Assembly (NCBI GenBank): GCA_043778225.1
Contig: JAYWGM010000061.1
Coordinates: 17,844 to 81,843, forward strand
Direction of reading: 5' to 3'
From: Deinococcales bacterium
GTDB lineage: Bacteria; Deinococcota; Deinococci; Deinococcales; JAAFIG01
DNA length: 64,000 nucleotides
The notes under the pieces are model-generated. The model saw only the letters and a list, made by a program, of their open reading frames with translations, was not told the DNA's origin and ran no database searches. Below are positions 1-7,840 of the stretch, piece after piece. A program made the position numbers and the translations under genes. Each line of letters opens with the position of its first letter. Within the stretch, counting starts at the first letter, position 1.

Positions 1-594
1 GATGCGCCCAAAGCTGGAACACCTGTTCAATTTAGGTGGGGTAGCACCGACCCCGAACTCAATCCAGACTTGGCAACCCGCACGATTCTCGAGACCACTG
101 CCGATGGCAAAGAAAGTGCAGTGGTCAGCATTAACCCAGAAGCCACCGACCTCGAAAGTGCTTTGCTGCTCGAGACGGGTATTCGCCTCGGTTTACCGCT
201 TGAGCCAAGTTGGGAAGGCAAACGCAGCTTAGGCGAGGCAGACATTACGCTGTTGCGTCAACAATATGCCCCAAATGGCGACCTGACTGCTGATGGTAAG
301 GTCAACATTGATGACTTTGAATTGTTTGCTCGAGAATACGGCAAAAGTCAGACGGCGGGTGGTATTAAAGGCGATTTTAACGGCGATGGCAAAGTCGATA
401 TTGCCGATTTTGAAATTCTCAAAGGTAATTATGATTTTGGTAAGCAACCGGGTTTAGAAGAACCCAAGCCAGCCGAGCCGACAACTCCAGCCCCAACAGA
501 ACCTAAACCAGCGCCAACCACACCAGCCCCGACGACAGAACCCAAGCCAGCCGAGCCGACGACTCCAGCACCAGCCACGCCTCCAGCAAAATAG
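1..594 (+). CDS. C-terminal part (5' truncated by window) of a probable secreted/surface protein with two dockerin-like Ca-binding repeats and a Pro/Thr-rich tail
   Basis: Frame is open from base 1; motifs GDLTADGKVNIDDF and GDFNGDGKVDIADF (DxNxDGxVxxxD); tail of EPKPAEPTTPAP repeats. Confidence 0.75.
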   Translation, partial: DAPKAGTPVQFRWGSTDPELNPDLATRTILETTADGKESAVVSINPEATDLESALLLETGIRLGLPLEPSWEGKRSLGEADITLLRQQYAPNGDLTADGKVNIDDFELFAREYGKSQTAGGIKGDFNGDGKVDIADFEILKGNYDFGKQPGLEEPKPAEPTTPAPTEPKPAPTTPAPTTEPKPAEPTTPAPATPPAK

Positions 595-596
595 AT

Positions 597-845
597 TTAC
601 CGCCGCCGAGCCGCGTTGGATTCCATGGCTTGCATGGCTTGAACAGCTGTGGTGGCGGCTACCGATTCAATCATTTCTACGCCACAAACCGCACTAAATA
701 ACCAGACTTGTGCGTCTTTATTGATAAACCAGTCTCGAGCCTTGGTTTCGGTCATCCAGTTGCCCAAATCGCAATTGTCTGGGACATCTACCAACGTGGA
801 TTTGATGTGTGGCGAATTCAAAAAAACCATAATTTGTTTAGGCAT
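597..845 (-). CDS. Hypothetical protein (82 aa)
   Basis: ORF fills the intergenic gap; TAGTTT -10-like box 6 nt upstream of ATG (leaderless pattern). Confidence 0.55.
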   Translation of the reverse strand: MPKQIMVFLNSPHIKSTLVDVPDNCDLGNWMTETKARDWFINKDAQVWLFSAVCGVEMIESVAATTAVQAMQAMESNAARRR

Positions 846-887
846 TCTTGGAAACTACCACAAACAAAAATAGTAAACTGCATAACC

Positions 888-1946
888 ATGGAGATCCTCA
901 ATTTACTTGAACTCGAGGCGGCGGCAAAAACCAACCTCAAACCAATGGCATTTGATTATTACGTCAGTGGTGCAGAAGACGAAATTACCTTGCTCGAGAA
1001 TCGTGAGGCATTTGGGCGTTTGAAGCTGCATTATCGGGTTTTGACTGGCGTAACTGAGCGCAACCTCGAGACCGAACTATTTGGGCAGAAAATTTCGATG
1101 CCCGTGATTATTGCGCCAACTGCTTTTCAGCGTATGGCGCACACCGATGGTGAATTGGCAACCGCCGGCGCAAGTCAGCAAGCCAAGACAATCATGACCT
1201 TATCCACGATTGCCAGCACCAGTCTCGAGGAAGTCCGAGCCAGCCAACCTAATTTACCGATGTGGTTTCAGATGTATTTGTATAAAGATAAAGCCATCAG
1301 TCTCGAGTTATTGCGCCGTGCCGAAGCCGCAGGAGTACAAGCCCTAGCCTTAACGGTAGACACACCTATTTTGGGGCGGCGTGAACGCGATATTCGCAAC
1401 CAGTTCCAGTTGCCAGATGGTATCAGCCTTGGAAATCTGATGGGTGGCTTGCCCAAAGGGATGGGTTCTGGACTGAGCGCATATGTGCAGCATATGTTCA
1501 AAATGGATTTGAGTTTTGCAGACCTCGAGTGGCTACGAAATAACACCAAGCTGCCGATTCTGGTCAAAGGGATTTGCCACACCGACGATGCCACCAAGTC
1601 GCTCGAGCATGGCGCAGATGGTATTTGGGTCTCGAATCATGGTGGCAGACAACTCGATACTGCCCCCGCTACGATTAGTGTCCTGCCACGAATTGCCGAG
1701 GCGGTGGCTGGTCGTGTGCCAATTATTTTGGATGGCGGTGTGCGGCGCGGTACGGATGTGGTCAAAGCCTTGGCGCTTGGCGCAAATGCGGTGGCACTGG
1801 GCAGACCGATTTTGTGGTCGTTGGCAATTGGTGGCGAGGCAGCCGTAACCCAGACGCTCGAGTTACTGCGGAACGAAATAGACTCAGCCCTTGGCTTATG
1901 TGGTTATAGCGACCTGAATGTTCCTCGAGCCTTGCTTGGGAATTAA
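888..1946 (+). CDS. FMN-dependent alpha-hydroxy-acid oxidase (glycolate oxidase/L-lactate dehydrogenase family)
   Basis: FDYYVSGAEDE, IIAPTAFQ, LTVDTP.LGRRERD, SNHGGRQLD, DGGVRRGTDV motifs; start moved to ATG 888, with TAAACT just upstream. Confidence 0.93.
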   Translation: MEILNLLELEAAAKTNLKPMAFDYYVSGAEDEITLLENREAFGRLKLHYRVLTGVTERNLETELFGQKISMPVIIAPTAFQRMAHTDGELATAGASQQAKTIMTLSTIASTSLEEVRASQPNLPMWFQMYLYKDKAISLELLRRAEAAGVQALALTVDTPILGRRERDIRNQFQLPDGISLGNLMGGLPKGMGSGLSAYVQHMFKMDLSFADLEWLRNNTKLPILVKGICHTDDATKSLEHGADGIWVSNHGGRQLDTAPATISVLPRIAEAVAGRVPIILDGGVRRGTDVVKALALGANAVALGRPILWSLAIGGEAAVTQTLELLRNEIDSALGLCGYSDLNVPRALLGN

Positions 1947-2224
1947 TTGCTGACCTGTACACCTTTCCAAAAGGCAATTCGCCCAGCAATCCGCTTGGCG
2001 GCTTCTTTTGGCGTTGGATAATACCAAGCTGCATCTGGGTTTGTTTTGCCGTCCACCACAACCGAATGGTAACTGGCAGTGCCTTTCCACGGGCAAGTGG
2101 TTTGGGTACTCGAGGCACTTAAAAATAGGGGGTTGACACTTTCGGCAGGAAAATAATGGTTGTTTTCGACCACAACCGTATCCGAGGATTCTGCAATAAC
2201 TGTTCCGTTCCAAATGGCTTTCAT
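1943..2224 (-). CDS. DUF427 domain protein
   Basis: WNGTVIAES..VENNHYFP, TTCPWKGTASY, AAWYYP.P signature. Confidence 0.9.
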   Translation of the reverse strand: MKAIWNGTVIAESSDTVVVENNHYFPAESVNPLFLSASSTQTTCPWKGTASYHSVVVDGKTNPDAAWYYPTPKEAAKRIAGRIAFWKGVQVSN

Positions 2225-2268
2225 GGTTGTATTGTGCGCTTTCTTAGGTCAAAAAGCTGTGCTGTGGC

Positions 2269-2820
2269 TTACTCTGGTCGCAACCGCTCCCATTTGGTCT
2301 GTTCTCGAGCCTCCAAAGTCACGCCCAAGAGTTGCATCAGGGCGCTCAGGTCATCCCAGAAAAGCTGTGGCAACTCGAGCAGGGTTTGGCGGCTGAGCAA
2401 CACGCTTTTGTCCTCGAGAAATGGCTGGTCATCGGTTTCTAAAACTGTAATTCGGTATTCGGACTCGAGTTTTTGAATCCCAATGGTGCTGTCGCGTTCG
2501 CCGAGCAACAAAATCGCCTCGTGCTGCCCACGCCAACGGTGATACAGATGGTTGCTTGTGCCAAGCGTGCTTGTGCCAAGTACCCTCGAAAAAAAACCAG
2601 TCCGCCCCGTGCTTACCCAGCTTGCCAGTTCGCTTAATGGCTCGAGTCCAAAACGAATCGGGTTGCTGCACGATAAATTTAAGGGGGCTTCTAAGCCAAT
2701 CTCGAGTTCCAACGCGCCGGGCATTTCCCAAAGCTCGGTAAGTTTCCACAAGCGCTCTTCTCGAGTTAAAAGCCTAAGTTTGTACTCACTGGCTTGGCTT
2801 GGAATAAAATGCACAGGCAT
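2269..2820 (-). CDS. Hypothetical protein
   Basis: Long ORF; perfect TATAAT 6 nt upstream of ATG 2820 (MPVHF) sets the start. Confidence 0.6.
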   Translation of the reverse strand: MPVHFIPSQASEYKLRLLTREERLWKLTELWEMPGALELEIGLEAPLNLSCSNPIRFGLEPLSELASWVSTGRTGFFSRVLGTSTLGTSNHLYHRWRGQHEAILLLGERDSTIGIQKLESEYRITVLETDDQPFLEDKSVLLSRQTLLELPQLFWDDLSALMQLLGVTLEAREQTKWERLRPE

Positions 2821-2870
2821 AGACCAATTATAAGGACAATTCACGGTGCTTTGGGGTGTTACCTTAGCCT

Positions 2871-3590
2871 ATGAAATCTGCTCCGCAAATTGGCGAAAAT
2901 CCCGACAAGGGCAAAGATGTCCAAGCGATGTTTGATTCGATTGCCGGACGTTATGATTTACTCAATCGGGTGCTGTCTATGGGCGTAGACAAGGGCTGGC
3001 GGGTGGCGGCGGCTAAATCTGTCCTCGAGAACAATCCTAAATCTATCCTCGATATTGCCACTGGCACGGGCGACTTTGCCATCGCAATTCAAAAACTTGC
3101 CCCCAATGCCAAAGTGGTCGGCTCGGACTTTGCTAACAAAATGCTTGAGATTGCTCGTGTTAAAGCCAAAGCCTTAAACCTCGAGATTCCTTTTGAACAA
3201 GGCGACGCACTGAATCTGCCCTATGCCGACTCGAGTTTTGAAGCGGTTTCTTGTTCGTTTGGCTTTCGTAATTTTGCCGACTTTAAGCGCGGACTCGAGG
3301 AATTCCACCGTGTTTTGGCAGTCGGTGGGCGCTGTGTGATTCTTGAGTTTCCGCCACCGCCCGAGAATTTGCTGGGGCAGTTTTATACCTTGTACTTTAG
3401 GCACGTGCTGCCCGTGGTTGGTGGCATCATTTCGGGTCGTCCGAAAGCCTATAAGTACCTGCCCGAAAGCGTGATTGCTTTTCCAAAGCCAGAAGTGTTG
3501 GCTAACCTGATGCGCCAAGTTGGTTTTGAAGCGCAGTACACTGTTTTAACGGCTGGACTGGCTGCGATTCATGTTGGGGTTAAGAGATAG
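2871..3590 (+). CDS. menG: Demethylmenaquinone methyltransferase (UbiE/MenG)
   Basis: MFDSIAGRYDLLNRVLS, ILDIATGTGD SAM motif, FGFRNF, YKYLPES. Confidence 0.92.
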   Translation: MKSAPQIGENPDKGKDVQAMFDSIAGRYDLLNRVLSMGVDKGWRVAAAKSVLENNPKSILDIATGTGDFAIAIQKLAPNAKVVGSDFANKMLEIARVKAKALNLEIPFEQGDALNLPYADSSFEAVSCSFGFRNFADFKRGLEEFHRVLAVGGRCVILEFPPPPENLLGQFYTLYFRHVLPVVGGIISGRPKAYKYLPESVIAFPKPEVLANLMRQVGFEAQYTVLTAGLAAIHVGVKR

Positions 3591-3686
3591 GGTTAAAAGG
3601 TCAAAGGGTTAAAAGGTCGAGAATGAGGATGATAATCTATTCTTTTGACTTTTGCCTTTCGCCTGTTTTTCGACTAAACTCGAGTC

Positions 3687-4103
3687 ATGAGTCAGCCGAC
3701 TAATCATATTGAAGTTTCTGTGGAGGTGGTTTTTTCTCCAGCACACTCGAGCCAAACGCGCTTGGTCTATGTTTATTTTATCACCATGCACAACCGTGGT
3801 TTACAAAGCGTTCAGTTGTTGCGTCGCCATTTTTTTATCCGCGATGGGCTGGGCTTTGAACAAGAAATCGAAGGCGAAGGCGTGGTTGGCGAACAGCCAC
3901 GGCTCGAGGTTGGGCAAACCTACCGCTATCACAGCGTTATTCCAATTCAGCATCCGCCGGGTTCAATGCGTGGCGATTACACTTTTTTGGCAGCCGATGG
4001 CACACAATTTAAGGCTGAACTGCCAGAATTTATGCTTCATGAACCGCCAGGCTATATTCCTAGCCCTCGGCTCGAGCCAAGCGGCAAACGGGTTTTGAAT
4101 TAG
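3687..4103 (+). CDS. apaG: ApaG (DUF525) protein
   Basis: YVYFITMHN, VQLLRRHF.I.DG, EGEGVVGEQP, GSMRGDY. Confidence 0.92.
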   Translation: MSQPTNHIEVSVEVVFSPAHSSQTRLVYVYFITMHNRGLQSVQLLRRHFFIRDGLGFEQEIEGEGVVGEQPRLEVGQTYRYHSVIPIQHPPGSMRGDYTFLAADGTQFKAELPEFMLHEPPGYIPSPRLEPSGKRVLN

Positions 4104-4180
4104 ACCCGAGAAAATTCTTGGCGGTCCCACAAGCTGTGCAAAATGTTGCTCCAGACCTGAGGATACCTTAGACTAAAACT

Positions 4181-4378
4181 ATGGTTATTCGCCCTGCTCA
4201 GGAAAGCGATTTTGTAGCCCTTGTGCCACTTTTGAAGGGCTTTGCCACGACTCGAGAGGTGGGATTACTCGAGCGGTTTACAAAAGTTCGATTCTATACC
4301 CGCCTCGGTTTGCAAGGTGAACCCAACTCACAACCCGAATACCCATTTTACGAAATAGACTTTTTGGTCAAAGACTGA
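4181..4378 (+). pseudogene. Probable internally deleted GNAT acetyltransferase remnant (65 aa)
   Basis: GNAT-like N-terminus (IRPAQESD..AL..LL) joined to GNAT-like C-terminal RFYTRLG; central acetyl-CoA motif absent; TAGACT-N6-ATG promoter retained. Confidence 0.45.
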
Positions 4379-4457
4379 TTTTTATGGGTACAGCCCACAC
4401 AGCGCTCGAGCCTTGAGTCCTACTTGCTTAAATCCAAAAAAGCGCTACACTTTACCA

Positions 4458-4631
4458 ATGACTGTACCTACGAAAAACAATTTACCTACTAAAAAGCAAA
4501 GCACTGTTGATTTTCTGCTTGAAATGGCTGACCGTATTGCCAAAGAAGCACCTTCTTCTGAACTCGAGAAATTACCTAGGGATGGTGGCGAAAATCTTGA
4601 TCATTATTTGTATGGAGCGCCTAAAAAATGA
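4458..4631 (+). CDS. Putative antitoxin of the PIN-domain toxin
   Basis: Small protein ending LPRDGGENLDHYLYG, typical of VapC partners; stop overlaps the toxin start (ATGA); TACACT-N6-ATG. Confidence 0.75.
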   Translation: MTVPTKNNLPTKKQSTVDFLLEMADRIAKEAPSSELEKLPRDGGENLDHYLYGAPKK

Positions 4632-5038
4632 CTAGGACGGTGTTTATAGATGCTGCTTTTTTAGTATCGTTGATTAATCCTCGAGACCAAAATTATCAAA
4701 AGGCTAGGGATGCTCTGCAAAGTGTACAACGAACGCAATTGGTGACAACTGATGCTGTTCTGACCGAAGTGCTTAATTATTATTCTGAGCGAGGCGATTA
4801 CTTACGCAAAGAGGCACTGAATTTGGTCAAAGCCATTATGAATCGTGAGGATGTCAATTTTCTTTATCATGGTAAATACTGGTTTTATCTTGGCTTAGAA
4901 CGATTCGAGGATAGGGCAGACAAAGGATACAGCTTAACCGACTGTATCAGCATGGTGATTATGGAAAGCGATGGAATTCAAGAGGTTTTGACTTCGGATA
5001 AGCACTTTGTGCAAGCTGGTTTTACGATTTTGATGTGA
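4628..5038 (+). CDS. vapC: PIN-domain toxin (VapC family ribonuclease)
   Basis: VFIDAAFL, VLTEV, YSLTDCIS, LTSDKHF..AGF acidic PIN motifs. Confidence 0.9.
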   Translation: MTRTVFIDAAFLVSLINPRDQNYQKARDALQSVQRTQLVTTDAVLTEVLNYYSERGDYLRKEALNLVKAIMNREDVNFLYHGKYWFYLGLERFEDRADKGYSLTDCISMVIMESDGIQEVLTSDKHFVQAGFTILM

Positions 5039-5064
5039 TTGATTCACCACAGCCTACCCTAGTT

Positions 5065-6345
5065 CTATGGGTACAACCCACGCAAGGCTCGAGCCTCGAG
5101 AACCCGTGTACAAGCCACAATAAAGGTGGCGGTTCGCATCGTCACGTTTTTGTCTTGGGCAACATCCCAGATGCCTTTGAAGGCTTCGACCATGATTTTC
5201 TCGAGCCGCTTGTTGATTTCGTCTTCAGTCCAGAAAAAACTGCTAAAATCCTGCACCCATTCAAAGTACGAAACTGTCACGCCACCCGCGTTTGCCAGCA
5301 CATCTGGCACAACCACAATGCCACGTTCGCGCAGGGCATCGTCGGCGGCTGGGGTGGTTGGTCCGTTTGCACCCTCGACCACAATTCGGGTTTTAATTTG
5401 TTGCACGTTGTCCAGAGTAATCTGCTTCTCGAGCGCGGCTGGAATCAAGAACTCGGTCTCGACACCCCAAAAATCGTTTTTAGCGATTACTTCGCACTTG
5501 GGGTAGGCGGTTACGTCTGGATTTTCTTTGATAAACTCGAGCAAGTCGTGTGGGTTAATCCCATCGCCGTTAAAAATCGTGCCGGACACATCTTGAATCG
5601 CCACAATTTTTGCGCCGTGGTCATGGAAAATTCTTGCGCTGGCATTGCCGACATTGCCAAAGCCTTGAATCGTGACTCGAGAACCCTGAATTTCTAAACC
5701 GATGCGCTTGGCAGCTTCGCGCCCAGTCACAAAAACGCCACGCCCTGTGGCATCGCGCCGCCCAAGGCTGCCGCCTAAAGCAATTGGCTTGCCAGTCACG
5801 ACACCAGTGGCGGTGCGCCCTTGGTTCATGCTGTAGGTGTCCATCATCCATGCCATCGTTAATTCGTTGGTGTTGACATCTGGGGCGGGAATGTCTTTGT
5901 CTGGTCCGATGATAAAATTGATTTCCGAAGTATAACGCCGTGTCATTTTCTCGAGTTCACCGCGTGAAAGTTTGCGTGGGTCTACCCGAATGCCACCTTT
6001 CGCGCCACCATATGGCAAATTGACCGCCGCATTTTTAACCGTCATCCAAGCACTGAGTGCCATCACTTCGGATAAGGTCACATCTTGGTGATAGCGCACC
6101 CCACCCTTGCCGGGTCCGCGGCTCGAGTTGTGCTGCACCCGATAACCTTCAAAATGAGCAATGCTGCCATCATCGAGTTGAATTGGTACATCCACAATTA
6201 AAATGCGCTTTGGGCGCTTGAGGGTTTCGACCCAGTAGGCAAGTTTACCCAAGTACGGCGTAACCCTATCAACTTGCTCGAGGTAAATTTCCCACGGTCC
6301 GAGGTTATCGTGATTTAAGTAAGAAGGAACTTCGTGTTGGTGCAT
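5065..6345 (-). CDS. gdhB: Glu/Leu/Phe/Val dehydrogenase, glutamate dehydrogenase (likely main catalytic subunit)
   Basis: [43 protein letters not shown]; start at ATG 6345 after a GGAG RBS. Confidence 0.92.
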   Translation of the reverse strand: MHQHEVPSYLNHDNLGPWEIYLEQVDRVTPYLGKLAYWVETLKRPKRILIVDVPIQLDDGSIAHFEGYRVQHNSSRGPGKGGVRYHQDVTLSEVMALSAWMTVKNAAVNLPYGGAKGGIRVDPRKLSRGELEKMTRRYTSEINFIIGPDKDIPAPDVNTNELTMAWMMDTYSMNQGRTATGVVTGKPIALGGSLGRRDATGRGVFVTGREAAKRIGLEIQGSRVTIQGFGNVGNASARIFHDHGAKIVAIQDVSGTIFNGDGINPHDLLEFIKENPDVTAYPKCEVIAKNDFWGVETEFLIPAALEKQITLDNVQQIKTRIVVEGANGPTTPAADDALRERGIVVVPDVLANAGGVTVSYFEWVQDFSSFFWTEDEINKRLEKIMVEAFKGIWDVAQDKNVTMRTATFIVACTRVLEARALRGLYP

Positions 6346-6462
6346 ATGGATTCTCCTGTGGAGGGTGAAAGGTGAAGGGTAAAAAGGTAAAAAGGGCAAA
6401 AGGTAAAAAGGGCAAAAGGTGAAAAGGTAAAACAATTTTCTCTTTCCTCTTTCCTATGCTTT

Positions 6463-7740
6463 TTACGGGTAAAGCCCTCTTAGATTGGTGCTTTCGTTGA
6501 TTCGGCTGACCGCTAAAATAAAAGCGGCTTGGCGCAGATTGACATGGCGTTCGTTTTTGACGGCATAGACACTATCTAAGGCGTGTTCGATGTGCTGCTC
6601 GAGGTTGCTGCGGATTTCGTCTTCAGTCCAATAGAGATTATTAAAATCCTGTACCCATTCGTAATACGAAACCGTCACGCCACCCGAATTGGCTAGATAG
6701 TCTGGGATAATCACCCGTCCCTCGCGCTCGAGAATTGCGTCGGCGGCTCGAGTAATGGCATGGTTTGCCCCTTCGGCAATAATCTGGGCTTCGACTTTGC
6801 TGGCGTTGCCGGCGTGGATTGCTCCTTCGCGCACGGCTGGCACAAGAATATCTACGGGCAGGGTTAAAAGGCTTTCTTGGTCTATGCGTTTGGCGTTGGC
6901 AAAACCCAGCACCGAGCCATAAGCGTTTTTGTACTCGAGCAGGGCTGGAACATCAAAGCCGTCATGGGCATAAATCGCGCCGCTCGAGTCCGAAACTGCC
7001 ACCACCCGCACACCGCGCTCAAACAGCCCAAGCGCCGCATAACGCCCGACCATACCAAAACCCTGAACTGCGGCGCTGGCTTTCTCGAGTTGGATGTTTT
7101 CGCGCATCGCCACACCAAAAATACTATAAGCAATGCCACGTCCAGCCGCCTCGACCCGCCCGATGCTGCCACCCAGCGCCACCGGTTTACCGGTTACGAC
7201 ACCAGTCACGGTACTGCCTTTATTTTGGCTGTAGGTGTCCATTATCCATGCCATGATTTGTTCGTTTGTGCCAGTGTCTGGGGCTGGAATATCTTTGTCT
7301 GGTCCGATTAAATCCACCAATTCGGAAGTATAGCGCCGTGTTAAACGTTCGGTTTCTGACCTCGAGATTGTTTTTGGGTCCACGTCTATGCCGCCCTTTG
7401 CACCACCAAAGGGCAAATTCATAACCGCGCATTTGATCGTCATGGCAGCCGCTAAACCACGGACTTCATCCAAGTTTAAGCCAGCCCGATAGCGCAGCCC
7501 ACCTTTCGAGGGTCCTCGAGAAATACTGTGCTGAACTCGGTAGCCCGTAAAAAAACGAACTGAACCATCGTCCATGCGAATCGGCACAGATACCGTGACC
7601 ATACGCTTAGGGTGGCGCAGCGACTCGAGTGTTTGGCTAAAATAAATTTGGGAGCTTTGAACTTGCTCCAAAAAGGCGTGCCAGAGGTTTAAGTTCTCGG
7701 GTTCGGGTTCGTGTCGAGCTTGTGGCTCGGGTTGATTCAT
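6463..7740 (-). CDS. gdhA: Second glutamate dehydrogenase paralog (GdhA-like)
   Basis: GPSKGGLRY, PFGGAKGG, PAPDTGT, GFGMVG, NSGGVTVSYYEW; ATG 7740 after GGAGG. Confidence 0.85.
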   Translation of the reverse strand: MNQPEPQARHEPEPENLNLWHAFLEQVQSSQIYFSQTLESLRHPKRMVTVSVPIRMDDGSVRFFTGYRVQHSISRGPSKGGLRYRAGLNLDEVRGLAAAMTIKCAVMNLPFGGAKGGIDVDPKTISRSETERLTRRYTSELVDLIGPDKDIPAPDTGTNEQIMAWIMDTYSQNKGSTVTGVVTGKPVALGGSIGRVEAAGRGIAYSIFGVAMRENIQLEKASAAVQGFGMVGRYAALGLFERGVRVVAVSDSSGAIYAHDGFDVPALLEYKNAYGSVLGFANAKRIDQESLLTLPVDILVPAVREGAIHAGNASKVEAQIIAEGANHAITRAADAILEREGRVIIPDYLANSGGVTVSYYEWVQDFNNLYWTEDEIRSNLEQHIEHALDSVYAVKNERHVNLRQAAFILAVSRINESTNLRGLYP

Positions 7741-7840
7741 GAGTCCTCCGCAAGTTCTCGAGGTGTCCTCGAGTGGCTGTATTTCGATGCTTGGATTATA
7801 CACTCCTTGCAAACGTTTGTTTGGTTAATGCCAGATGAGA

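Noticed and set aside
5035..5697. 220-aa + strand ORF and similar long antisense ORFs (e.g. 20563-21321, 29482-30051, 36010-36675)
   Set aside because: Shadows of well-supported genes on the opposite strand with no recognisable motifs
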